Source of the DNA: Vicugna vicugna
Lineage: Eukaryota
Assembly: GCA_013265495.1 (NCBI GenBank)
Contig: MU058337.1
Coordinates: 1,890,686 to 1,954,685 of the forward strand
DNA: 64,000 nucleotides
Direction: 5' to 3'
The translations under genes were made by a program, and so were the position numbers. The notes beneath the pieces were generated by a model. That model was given only the letters and a program-made list of their open reading frames with translations, was not told the DNA's origin and did no database searches. Below, one piece after another: positions 38,653 through 50,834 of this stretch. Position 1 is the stretch's first letter; each line of letters opens with the position of its first letter.

Positions 38653-39491
38653 GTCAGTTACCATCTGCCCAGCATGTTGACTCTTAGATTCCTGGGCACT
38701 GAAAATAGGTAGGAAAGGAATATTGTATCATTTACTAAAGAGAAACTCTTCCTTGGATAACTGTTGTTTGATGGGCTACGTTGGGTTACAGTGTAGATGT
38801 CACTAAGGTGTCCAGCCTGAGTCCCACGTGGCTGTCATCAACACACATCCTACCTCAGGGACCTGAACGTCTCCATTCCATTCATGGCTAATGAGTTTTG
38901 ACTGAAGTTTAATGAGATACTGAGACATTTTTATTTGACTTTGTATGTTTGCGAAACTTAGAACTGTTGCCATTTTAACAATGCTTCCAGGGTTCTTCTT
39001 TTTTTTTTTTTTTAACTGTATTTGAAAACTCATGAATTTTTTTAACTTTATCTATTTTGCTTAGATTTTAATCTTCATATCTGGCTTATAGTTTTATTAG
39101 TGTTAGATATGCAGATTTATTTATTATTGCCATCTGTTTCTGTGAAAGCTATTTTATAAAATGCTAGGCAGTTGCCTGAATGATGTTCAAGTCCACATGG
39201 GGGGTAATTTTGGAAATCAGAATCCCGCAAAGACAAATCTTCTATTACTCGAGACAAAGATCGTGTACAAATTAGCTCACTGAGCGTTTCATTGTGATCC
39301 AAGCCCAAGTGTGCCATCTGTATCTCTGAGTTCTGAGATGTTCTGTATTTTCCAGATTGACTGCTAATGAACATTTTCTTCTGTTAGTAAATTATCTTTT
39401 CAACATACTTAGAATATTACCAGGTTAAGATTATAGCTCAACAAAATTTATTTAGAAACGTTAATGAATGTCTTTATCTCCTAGATTGTTT

Positions 39492-39939
39492 CTTTTTCAT
39501 ATTATTTCATTGAAGTATAGTTGGTGTGTACTATTATATAAGTTACAGAGGTGCAATGCAGTGATTCACAATTTTTAAAGGTTATACTCCATCTATAATT
39601 GTTATAAAATACTGGCTATATTTCCCATGTTGTACGGTGTATCCTTGTGGTTTATTTCACACCTAATGGTTTGTACCTCTTAATCTCCTACCCCAGTGTT
39701 GCCCCTCCCCGTTCCCTCTCCCCACTGGAAACGGCTAGTTTGTTCTTTGTGTCTGTGGGTCTGCTTCTTTTTTTGTTTTATTCACTAGCTTGTTGTATTT
39801 TTTAGATTCCACATATAAGTGATGTCATACAATGCTTATGCTTCTCTGACTTTTTCACTTAGCATTAATGCCTTCCAAGTCCATCCATGTTGCTGCAGAT
39901 GGCAAAATTTCATTCTTTTTTATGGCTTAGTAGTATTCC

Positions 39940-39988
<49 letters not shown>

Positions 39989-40184
39989 CACATCTTCTTT
40001 GTCCATTCATCTGTTAATGGACATTTAGGTTGCTTCCATATCTTGGCTATTGTCAGTAATGCTGCTATGAACATTGACATGCATATCAAACTAACAATAG
40101 TACTACACTATGACTCAGCACTTCTGCTCCTGGGTATATATCTGATAAAAACCAGAACATTAATTTGAAAAGATACATGCTCCT
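39492..40184 (-). mobile_element. L1 with 5' inversion (twin priming)
   Basis: Antisense L1 3' UTR/ORF2 end to ~40087, then the adjoining L1 segment in sense orientation 40088-40184; TSD ctagatt(g/a)ttt at 39481-39491 and 40185-40195. Confidence 0.88.
39942..39985 (+). repeat. (TG)22 microsatellite
   Basis: Perfect TG dinucleotide run inside the L1. Confidence 0.98.
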
Positions 40185-40659
40185 CTAGATTATTTTTAAC
40201 ATCCATAGGCTATGTGTACAAAATCACAGCAAAATTAGATGTAACCAAACACTTCAGTGGGCTCAATTCCCAAGAGTTCAAGTAGGGTGGGAACTAATGT
40301 CGTCTTGATCAGAGCTGGTCAGCTGGACAGAGCAAACTGAAAAGAAAGAATCCTGCAATCCAGTTTCATTTTGCCTCATTCAGCTCTTCCCACCTCTGCC
40401 TCTGGGGTTACTTTGTCTGGAATATTCTTGGAAGGGTATGACAAAATTTAATCATTCTGCCCAGATCCTTCCCAGTTCAATTTTAACCACCCCTCAGCTC
40501 CACAAGACACTTCTGTGTTTTAGTAATATCAAATGCCTCCTGTTGAGTGTTCTTTCTTTTTAATTGATCTTTGAGTTAATTGTTTAAAATTCTCTTATCT
40601 ATTTATTTTAAGCTACTCAGATGCAAACTAAGTCATCCCAATACCTTCTTTGCCATTTT

Positions 40660-41165
40660 TCAAACTGTTTATTTTTACCCAATTAAAAAATTAAGATAAG
40701 CATCTATCATTTACGATAAAGTTTTATAAGTAGAAATTATGCCCACACAACTCCTCAGAGCTCTCCTACTTCCTTTTTCCATGTAGCAATATATCATGGA
40801 CTTCCTTCTGGGTCAGTATATATAGATCTCACTCATGGCTTTCAGAGTTCCAGCTTTTATCTGGTTCCCTGATGCTGGCTATCAGATTTTCCCAGGTTTG
40901 CTGTGGCTGTTACTGTTATTTTTTCCACTATAAAAACACTGCAGTAAGTATCCTTATGCAAATATCTTTCCTTGTGTTTTCGTCTGGAGGTTAGCGTTCA
41001 AAAGGGCAACCGCCAAGTTGAAGGCTATATGCATTTCTAATTTCAAAAGATATTTCCAGAATTTTTTAAAAGGTGTAGTAATCCGCTTATTCACCAGAAG
41101 TGTGTGAGAGGGTCATTTCCCTTCCTCCTTGCCGGAGCTGGGTGTTATTTCTTATCTAAGTTTTG
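40660..41165 (-). mobile_element. Ancient L1ME-like fragment
   Basis: gcaatatatcatggac, atagatctcactcat, gttgaaggctatatgcattt, caccagaagtgtgtgagagg. Confidence 0.65.
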
Positions 41166-41552
41166 ATCGTCCTGTATTTAGAACAGAGTTGTACATAGTA
41201 TGTGTGCTTCGAATCCTGTTGTCGCGTTCTTATTTTGAAGCTGCATGTTCCTGTTAGTCTTTTAATTAACACTGATTTTTCTTTATAGAGCATAGTTTTT
41301 GTTTATAATATAAATTTGTAGCTATGAACTAGGATCAAAATATGTTAGTATCTACTTGTACCTTGGAATATGAACATCTTTGAAGTTTTTTTCCTCTCCC
41401 CTGCCTCAATACTTTGATTACTGCTGCTTTTAATACTGTAATTACTAATCACAGTGGTTTATATTGGTAGAATATTTTGCCATAGTTGGCCCACTTCTAT
41501 TGACAAAAAGCAGTGATGGAAGGGTAAAGTCTGCTTATGATGATTCTGGATT

Positions 41553-41903
41553 CTTTTTTTTTTTTAAATACTTTTATTGTGGTATGATTCCTGTACAGTA
41601 AGCTTCACATATTTCAGATGTAAATTTGATGAATTTTGATAGATGTACACACCAGCAAAACCATCACCACAATCAAGATAGCTTAACATTTCCATCACTC
41701 CCCAACAGGTACAAATTTTGAATTCCCAATTTATCCTTTGCCATCCCCTTTACCCTCTGGTAACCATAAGTTTGTTCTCTATGTCAGTGAATCTGTTTCT
41801 GTTTTGTAGATAAGTTCATTTGTGTCCATTTTTTTTTACATTCCACATATAAGCCATACCATATGGTATTTTTCTTTCTCTTTCTGACTTACTTCACTTA
41901 CAA
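41553..41903 (-). mobile_element. Chimeric L1 insertion (old L1M-type 3' end joined to camelid L1 3' UTR) within one TSD
   Basis: TSD gattctggatt at 41542-41552 and 41904-41914; junction ~41707. Confidence 0.75.
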
Positions 41904-42129
41904 GATTCTGGATTTTTTAAAGTGGATACCTTCTGACTTTTTCTTCTATGATGCTGTTGCATGGGTGTGCATGCCCCTGACACCGCATGGTCTGTCATTC
42001 CTTTGTGAGGCTCCTTACTGGGAAAAAAAAATGCATTTGTTTCTTTCACCGTTACTCTTGAATGATCTAATTATTTATGATTTATGTATATGGCAGAGAT
42101 ATGAAAGTAGTTGAACTTTTAATACTAAC

Positions 42130-42350
42130 ATGTGTCTGGTGTTTATACACATTGAAAAACATTTAAAAAATTGATCCTTACAATAACTCTTTGATACTGG
42201 CATGATGGGTATCCTTATTTGAATTTTACTGACATAGAGACTGAGGTTCTGAAGAGGGTTTAAATGGTTTCTTGAAGGACTTACAGCCAGTAAATAGGAG
42301 AACTAAGACTTAGAGCAGGATTTCTTGATTATACCTCAAATGGTCTCTGG
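42130..42350 (-). mobile_element. MIR
   Basis: ttttactgacatagagactgaggttc...cagccagtaaataggagaactaagactt. Confidence 0.65.
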
Positions 42351-42659
42351 CACTGGTTCTTAGAATCCTAAGTGCGCACAAGATCCTTCAAATCCTTCAA
42401 CATAAACAAGACTTACTTAAACAAGCAGTTTGCCTATCTGTTGACCATGTACTGTGTTTACTACAATTTCAGTTAAATTCGTCTTTGATTAATATGGATG
42501 AAATTCATAAAATAATTACAAATGTAGTTTTTCTTGGAAAAAATTAAGACTCTTTTAAATGAGGTTCATAGAATAATAAAGAAAATCATTAGTAGTTAAA
42601 AAGCCAGAAATTGTTACTGTAAGACTGGTCAGATTTTAGTTTGGATATATCACTGTAAG

Positions 42660-43140
42660 AACAACCCTGGGGGAAATTATGCTATGTGGAATGAGCCAGA
42701 AACAGAAGGACTCACACTACATTGCACCGCTTACATGAGAAACCTGAAATAGTGGAAATGTGGAAGCAGAGGTGGAGCAGTGGTTGCCAGCGGATGAGGG
42801 CAGGGGAAGCGGGGAGGTATGAGTCAAAGGGTGGAAAGTCTTAGTTCTGCAAGACTTGGAGGTCAGCCCTGGAGGTCTGCTGTACAGCACGGGGCCTGTA
42901 GTTGACAATACTGTATTGTGTGCTTGAAATTTTGCTGTGAGGGTAGGTAGTAAGTGTTCCATCATGGTCGTCATCAACAAATAAGGGCAGGAGGAAAGTT
43001 CCGGAGGTGATATGTTTCACAGAGATTGTGGCGATGGTTTCACGGATATACACTTATCTTCAAACTCTTATCAGGTTGTACACATTAAATTTGTATAGAT
43101 TTTTATATGTCAATCATCTCAATAAAGTAGTTTAAAAAAA
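42660..43140 (+). mobile_element. L1MA/L1MB 3' UTR
   Basis: attatgctatgtggaatgagccag...gttgacaatactgtattgtgtgcttgaaattttgct...ctcaataaag plus A-tail. Confidence 0.88.
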
Positions 43141-44127
43141 TCAGCCATAAAAATGTTTCTGACTTTCAAAAAAAACTTACTCGTGTGTGCACCCACACAT
43201 ACTCATACTTACTTTTCAGTTCTAGTCCTTCTCCCTGCTGGCTTCTTAGTACCATTTGTACATAATAAATTCTGTATTTTTAGAGAGGTGCACATCTAGA
43301 TTCAAATCTCATCACATTATTGTACATGTTTGTAGTGGGAAAGACCCACTACAGACATATTCTTGGGTTTCCTAAATTTCCTTGAGGGTAACCATGGTGT
43401 TAAGATGCATTTTTTCCTATATCATCAATTTTCTGTGTGAGTGGTGGATGGATCCCCCACTCTGCTTGAAACTGTTCTTAAATATTGGAGAGACTGTAGC
43501 ATCTTGAGGTTTCTCTGTTAACGCTCTATGTGCTGCTTCCTTGAACCCATTTAGTGAGATTTTTGAGCAAAGAAAATCCTTAAGAAAAGGGAAACACCTA
43601 TACTTTTATTAATTACCTCAGTTGTACCTACCCCCCAAAACACGTATCCATGCATGATTTTACAGGTCCTTAAGTTGGTACTTCGCTTTTGTTGCTAGTT
43701 GAACACCAGTGACAACAGCTAATCCTGAGTCTTTTCTGCGTGGCTCTGAGTGGATTTTATCTAGTCTAGTTTGGCTTTGGTTTTGAGTAAGCATTTACTC
43801 CCTTTTTGCTGTTGATACGAACACCAGTTTATTAAAGGGTAAGACACCATATGTTCATTTCAGAAATACCAGTTTCATTTTGTTCATTTTAAATTCCAAT
43901 ATTTGCAAAGCAGTTTATTTCCTTCTAACTTGCAGTAACATGTTTGCTTTCTATTATTTTCATTTTGACTTACTTTCATTTTCAAAGAATTTTGTTATCT
44001 TTCTTACCTTCCTGATTTTTTATTTTGTTAAAAGGATATACTTTTATTCTCATCAAAAAGAAAAACGTATGCAGCAGAAATTTTTGTATTTAAGCATAGC
44101 TGAAGAAAATTGACACTGATTTTTTTT

Positions 44128-45223
44128 AACATTTTTTAATTGAGTTGTAGTCATTTTACAATGTTGTGTCAAATACCAGTGTAGAGCACAATTTTTCAGT
44201 TATACATGAACACACATATATTCATTGTCACATTTTTTTTTGCTGTGAGCTACCACAAGATCTTGTATATATTTCCCTGTACTATGCAGTATAATCTTGT
44301 TTATCTATTCTACATATGCCTGTCAGTATCTACAAATTTTGAAATCCTAGACTGTCCCTTCCCACCCCCTGCCCCCTTGGCAACCACAAGTTTGTATTCT
44401 ATGTCTATGAGTCTGTTTCTATTTTGTATTTATGTTTTCGGTTTTTTTTTTTTTTTAGATTCCACATATGAGCAATTTCATATGGTATTTTTCTTTCTCT
44501 TTCTGGCTTACTTCACTTAGAATGACATTCTCCAGGAACATCCATGTTGCTGCAAAATGGCGTTATGTTGTTGGTTTTTATGGCTGAATAGTATTCCATT
44601 TTATAAATATACCACTTCTTCTTTATCCAGTCATTTGTCAATGGAAATTTAGTCTGTTTCCATGTCTTCGCTATTGTAAATAGTGCTGCTATGAATATTG
44701 GGGTGCAGGTGTCTTTTTGAAGTAGGGTTCCTTCTGGATATATGCCCTGGAGTGGGATGCCTGGGTCATATGATAAGTCTATTCCTAGTCTTTTGAGGAA
44801 TCTCCATACTGTTTTCCACAGTGGCTGCACCAAACTGCATTTCCACCAGCAGTGTAGGAGGGTTCCCTTTTCTCCACAGCCTCTTGAGCATTTGTCATTT
44901 GTTGACTTTTGAATGATGGCCATTCTGGCTGGTGTGAGGTGATACCTCATTGTAGTTTTGATTTGCATTTCTCTGATAATTAGTCATATTGAGCATCTTT
45001 TCATATGCCTATGGATCATTTGTATGTCTTCCTTGGAGAATTGCTTGTTTAGGTCTTCTGCCCATTTTTGGATTGGGTTGGTTGTTTTTTGCTTATTATG
45101 GCATATGAGCTGCTTATATATTCTGGAGATCAAACTTTTGTTAGTTTCACCATTTGCAAAATTTTTTTCCCATTCCATAGGTTGTCATTTTGTTTTACAT
45201 ATGGTTTCCTTTGCTGTGCAGAA
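44128..45223 (-). mobile_element. Young camelid L1, 5'-truncated (~1.1 kb), ORF2 C-terminus plus 3' UTR
   Basis: ORFs 44984..45178 and 44513..44968 ([40 protein letters not shown]) are L1 ORF2; TSD gaca(c/t)tgatttttttt at 44112-44127 and 45224-45239. Confidence 0.97.
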
Positions 45224-47529
45224 GACATTGATTTTTTTTGAGTCCTACCTAACACCAAAACATCTCAAGAACTGCTGTTTAAATCTAATAAAGGGTGACT
45301 GAGAAAAGATCATGTAATGAAAAGAATCATAAACCAAGGTACAATTAAATAGGCACTAAAAAAGATGCACAAAATACGTCTCAATATGGAACTCAAACTA
45401 AAATTATGAAATAGTCATTCTAAATATTTGGTCTAATATGATGTAAAATATCTAAAGTCAATGAGAAAATTATGGATTTCTGGTTGCTATATAGAGTTGA
45501 ATTCACACTTAAAACTGGCTTTTTCAAGCATATTCACTTATGATATATGCATAATTTTCAAGGTAATCCTTGAGGTTGAATGCTAAGAGTGCATATCAGT
45601 TAACCATCCCTCATTAGTGTAACTGATTCTTCTACAGTTCTGTTTGAGTTTTACTGACTTACAGTTCAGGTCTCGGAGGGAGTCAAATCCAGGTATTACT
45701 GTCAAGTGGATTTTTCTACAGTTAAAAATATAATTGATCCAACTTAATAATGGTGGGTGAGAAAGTCAACATTAAAGACTGAACCCCGAATATTACGTAT
45801 TCTACTGAGAGTGTTGGTGGAAATAGTGATGTAGCATCTTCCTAAATTTTTGATTTCCTTGGTAATGTGTTAAGTGTTAGGCAGAAATGGAGTGCAGTCC
45901 CAAATTAGTAAGCATAGATGCAATTCTAAATCGATATGTATAAATGTTAAAAAGGAGAAACTGTGAACATTTCATGTCAAATTACTCAGTAATTAAAACT
46001 AACTTAAAAGTTATTCTGAATTAGTTGTAACCTATAGCCTATGGTTTTATTAAGGCAAACCAGGGCAAATCTTCCTTTCTCACATACCATTCATGTTTCT
46101 AGAATTTGTATGACATATTAGGTTGCCCTTTTTTTTTTGAAGTTCATTCTTACTTTTGCAAAACATGTAATTGGGTCCATGTTGGACACTGGCTTTCATA
46201 ATAAAAGTACTGATCTCAAGACTGTATTTTTTGAAAGCACATTTGTAAACACTTTTTCCCTCAATCCTACCTAGTCACTGTGTGGATCTTACAGTTATGA
46301 TAAACTTTCATTCTTTCCAGAAAGATAGTAAAATAGTTCTTATATGAAAACCTTTTATTTTGAGCATTTGAAACGGAGCATCAGTTAGCTGAACCAGGAT
46401 AAATTCCTAGAGCCAGAAGCAGCAGTAGAACTTTGAGCAGAAAGTTGAGTCCAGTTAATCAACTGTATACAGTAACAGAATGCTTGAACTGCTTAAAGAA
46501 ATGAAGGAATCCTATGAAATGGCATTTTCCTAGTCAGTCATGATCCAGCCTCACTGAATTGTTACCATAAATACAAAGACAAATATCAGACTGTGTTAAT
46601 TGTGTGCTGTGGCCTGATGCTCACAAAAGAATTCCACGGTATCTACAGAGATTGAGTTAAAAAGAGATTTAATTTTCTATTGTTAGATGGACATTTCTAG
46701 TAAGTTGCTAAAAAAATTTTAAAAAGGAAGATCTATGTATATTTTAGGTGTTTGGTGAGTTGATATTTATGAACTCTATTAACATATGTATAAATACAAA
46801 TGGGTGTCTGTACACACAGTCACATGTTCTCTTTTTTCCACTTAACAAAAGTTATGAGAAGAAGAAAAGTAGTGACACGTTTGCTCCGTATGTAGATTTT
46901 GTGAACATTGTTGCCTGTAGAGGTAAATTGATTTAACTGTAAATATTTTCCTTCTTTTCATAGCTAATCTCCATTTGTCCTTAGTTTGGTGCAGGCTGAA
47001 CGAATTATTACTGAAGAGTTCAAGAGCTGTTATTTCAAACAGCATCCCTGGAATTGTTCTCTTGAACATTTCAATGCCATTGAAGAACAAAACCCAACCT
47101 TATGGTTATTTATATTAGCAATTTATATCTGCATAGGATTTTACAGTTTACTGACTATTTTCTCAAAACAGTTTCTCATTTGACCTTTACAATGTCTAAG
47201 TTAAAAGAAATGTTCAAGTGCAAGGACTTTTGTCGAGTCGACCTTATCTGAGCAATAAGGAGATGGGGTCCCCGGGAGATTCAGGGTCATGATGAGTGTT
47301 TGACCCAAGTCCTTGCTACTCACCCTTTGTACTGGGAACCCTCCCCGTGGCCGCCTGTCAAGATATGTGCCATTGTTTTGCCAGGATATTTTTTGTCTAA
47401 AGGGAAGACACTTTTCTTCGATATGTGATTGATATTATTGCTCTAATTGTAGTAAGTGCTGTTTCAGTGGTGCATCCACATTGCAATTGTGCACACCTTG
47501 ATTTTGGCACATTTTCATGGTTACTCTCT

Positions 47530-47770
47530 TTGTTTCCTGTGTCTGCTATAGCAAAGTACTGCAGGTGGGATGGCTTAGCACAGCAGAAACGTAGTTTCTC
47601 ACAGTTCCAGTGGCTGGAAGTCTGCAGTCAAGGTGTTGGCAGGGTCCTGTTCCCTTTGAAGGTTTTAGTGGAGGCTCCTTCCTTGCCCCTTCCCAGCTCC
47701 TGGGGATTGCTACCCATCAGCTTTGGTCTTCCTTGGCTTGGAGACGCAGCACTCCAGTTCACGTGACATG
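47530..47770 (-). mobile_element. MLT1B/C LTR fragment
   Basis: ggcttagcacagcagaaa..tttctcacagttcc..ggctggaagtct..tcaaggtgttggcaggg. Confidence 0.85.
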
Positions 47771-48304
47771 CAGCCATCTACGGGCTGAAGCTGGGAAGGC
47801 TGAGTTTTCTGCAAGTTGCAGAAGCACTCTTCTTGGATCGAGGTATTCGAAGACCGCAGCCCAAGCTTGGCCGCCTTTTTAAGGTCAGTGGCTCTGTGTG
47901 CACTGTGGTGAAGGCTGCCTCTCGTACGAGGCTAACTGATGGTAGGTCAGGGACATCGTTTTTATGACTGTGTCAATAATGCAATGTAACTAGGGAACAT
48001 CACCACAAATGGCCTTCTGCAGTGGGCTCCGTTCACCAGGTTCCAGAAGTTAATGATGCCCAATGGGGGGCACCGCGTGACGCTCTGTGGCATATGCCTG
48101 GTGTTGTCACATAATTTCATAGTCCACAAACCGTAATGATTGAGTTTTCTCAGAGGTGTATTTATCTGTCTTCGTCTGGTATTTATCCCTTTCTGCTGTG
48201 CCCTGATTTGGCGATTATGTAACTGTTTACATGAGACAGAAAGTTACCAAGAGGAAAAAGACTATACAAAGTAGAGGAGTCAGGAAATCTTCTTTCCGCT
48301 CCCC

Positions 48305-48890
48305 AACCCCAGTCTTACTGAGAAATAACTGACCTGCATCACTGTATAAGTTTAGGATGTACATGAGAATTTGATCTATGTATATTATGAAATGATTACC
48401 ACAATAGGTTTAGCTAGCATCCATTATCTTGCACAGAGATGATAAAAAAAAGAAAAAAAATTCTGCTTGTGATGAGAAATCTTAGGATTTATTCTTATCA
48501 ACTCTTTGATATATCATTTGACAGTGTTATCTCTATGTCACACCCCAGTACTTACTTGTCTTACGACTGGAAGTTTGGATCTTTTGATCATCTTCCTCTA
48601 GTCACCCGTCCCCACTACAATCTGCCTCTGGCAGCCACAAGTCCGCTCTTCTGCTGTGAGTTTTTGTCTTAAATTCCACATATACGTGAGATCATACAGT
48701 ATTTCTTTCTCTGACTTATTTCACTTAGTGTAATGCCTTCAAGGCACATCCCTTTTGTGCACAAATGGTATGATTTCCTCATTTTTATGGCTAAAATGAT
48801 ATTCCATTATATATATATATACATATATATATAATGGCTAAATAATAGTCCATTATATATATATGTACACACACCATGTTCCTTATCCTC
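48305..48890 (-). mobile_element. L1MA9-like 3' UTR
   Basis: gaaatgattaccacaataggtttag, cttgtgatgagaaatcttaggatttattctta, gactggaagtttg. Confidence 0.85.
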
Positions 48891-49293
48891 TAACTAAATT
48901 TAGATTTAAATGGACTCTGAAAATCTGGTGCAGACTTACTTCTTGAAGTAGACTGTCTGCATCTGTAGTTGATCAGTTCATTGATTCAGACAGGTGACAG
49001 ACATGGGTAAACATCCCCTTCACTGGGCGCTGTGCTGGACACGAGGCTGGATACAAAGGGGAATTTTTACAAGTCTTGCCGCCCAGGACTTCACAGTCTA
49101 ATTGAACAGATGAGTCACGCAGCCCCCACTCACGTGGCTCCTAGTAAGAGTGGATGTGTAAATGCTGAAATGAGCCAAAGCTCCATAATTTAGTTGAGGA
49201 GCTGTAATAAAGACAGGGAACACGCTATGAGTGTTCAGAGGAAAGAAACGTAACTCTTGAAAGATCTGTCTAAATTGGGAAATGGAGATTTGT

Positions 49294-49374
49294 CCCCCCC
49301 CCCCCCCCCCCTGGCCCCCCCCCCCTCCCCCCCCCNNNNNNNNNNNCCCCTCCCCACCCTCTCCCCCTCTCCCT
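49294..49374. repeat. Poly-C low-complexity tract containing an 11-N assembly gap (49336-49346)
   Basis: Direct observation. Confidence 0.98.
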
Positions 49375-49604
49375 CTACTTTATCTCTTTCTCTGTCTTTA
49401 TCACAACCTCTGTTCCTTCCATTCTTCCTGAAGCGTCCACTTCCCTTTATTTAAATGATAAAATATTCTCCTTGTTTGCGCTCTACCTGTCTGTCTGCTG
49501 CTGTTTAGTTTCTTCTCAGTCTCCTTTTTTTGACAACTGTGATTCCCAGAGTTTTGTCAGAGGTTCCTGTTTCTTCTGATACCACGCATGCTTAAAAGGC
49601 TAGA

Positions 49605-49830
49605 TACTGTATCAGTTCATTTAGACATTCTGGAAAAGGCAGAACTGTGGGGACAGGAAGCAGACCAGTGTTTACCAAGAGCTAAGGCTGGGCAGAGCGA
49701 TCAATGACCAAGGGGTGTGGGGGAGCCTTCTGGGGTGATGGAACTGTTCTGTATCTTAATTGTGGTGATGGTTACACTACTGTGTACTTACAAAACTTCT
49801 TACAACTGTATACTAGAAGTGATAAATTTT
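49605..49830 (+). mobile_element. L1MC/MD 3' UTR fragment
   Basis: attctggaaaaggcagaact...ttctggggtgatggaactgttctgtatctt. Confidence 0.75.
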
Positions 49831-50498
49831 GCTCTTACGTCCATTTTACCTGAAGAAACCTGTCACTTTGAATCCCTGCTTTCCTTTGAATGGAAAGACT
49901 TAAATTTTCTGCCCCTTTCCCACCACACTCCTTAGGTTTGCATTTAGTAGTTTCTGACTAAAATGAGAAAATTACTTCAAGATCATGGACCAAGGAATTA
50001 CAATTTCCCAAGTATATGCTATGTGTAGGGGATTCTGATTTGTAACTCAAAGTGGAAATAGCTAAAACAGGCAATAAAGAAGCACCTTTCAAAAGCATCT
50101 TTCAGAGGACCTGGTAGGTAAGTGTCACGGGATCTGAGCATTGTAATCTACAGAATTGCATCTTGTGCTGTCTGCCATTTTAGAAAGATTAAGACAATAA
50201 TAATTTAGCTTTTTTTTTCCCAGCCATAAAAATACAAGTAAGTTCCCCTGCCAGGTTAATTCACAGCTAGAGGATTAGAACCCTGTTTTTCATGACTGGT
50301 GGTGCAGAGGAATCAAGGCTGTCACTTACAGAGGGAACTAACTCAGTGCCGATAAGCAAAGCGCCGTGCTTCGTCCTCTGCAGGAAGCCAGTGCGAGATG
50401 GTGCTTCTCAGTTCTTCCCGTGTGATCCGGGTACCTGCTTGCAGACAGAGGGGGTTTCAGAACTGAATTGTAAGTGCTCAGTCCGTATTACACACTTT

Positions 50499-50834
50499 AA
50501 AAAATTCCTATTTTTTTATTGAGGTGTAGTTGATTTATAATGTTAGTTCCAGGTGTACAGCAAAGTGATTTAGTTATATATATATATATATAATTATATA
50601 TATATATTTTCAGATTCTTTTCCAATACAGCTCATTACAAGACGTTGAATATAGCTCCCTGTGCTGTACAGTAGGTCCCCGCTGTTTATCAGTTGTATAT
50701 ATAGTAGTGTGTATCTGTTCATCCCAAACTCCTAATATATCCCTCCCTGCTCCCTTCCCCTCTGGTAACCACAGTTTGTTTTCTATGTCTGTGAGTCTAT
50801 TTCTGGTTTGTAAATAAAATTTGTAACTGTTTGA
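50499..50834 (-). mobile_element. Camelid L1 3' end with TSD
   Basis: L1 3' UTR; TSD tattacaca(c/t)ttt at 50486-50498 and 50835-50847. Confidence 0.88.

Noticed and set aside
44513..45178. 151-aa and 64-aa ORFs as a host gene (likewise 23297-23722 and 57207-57539)
   Set aside because: L1 ORF2 C-terminal fragments in 5'-truncated, non-autonomous copies
46985..47103. Peptide ...FKQHPWNCSLE resembling the Wnt WNCS motif
   Set aside because: Lacks the conserved upstream EC cysteine spacing and any other Wnt exons; weak donor; probably coincidence, though the acceptor is strong
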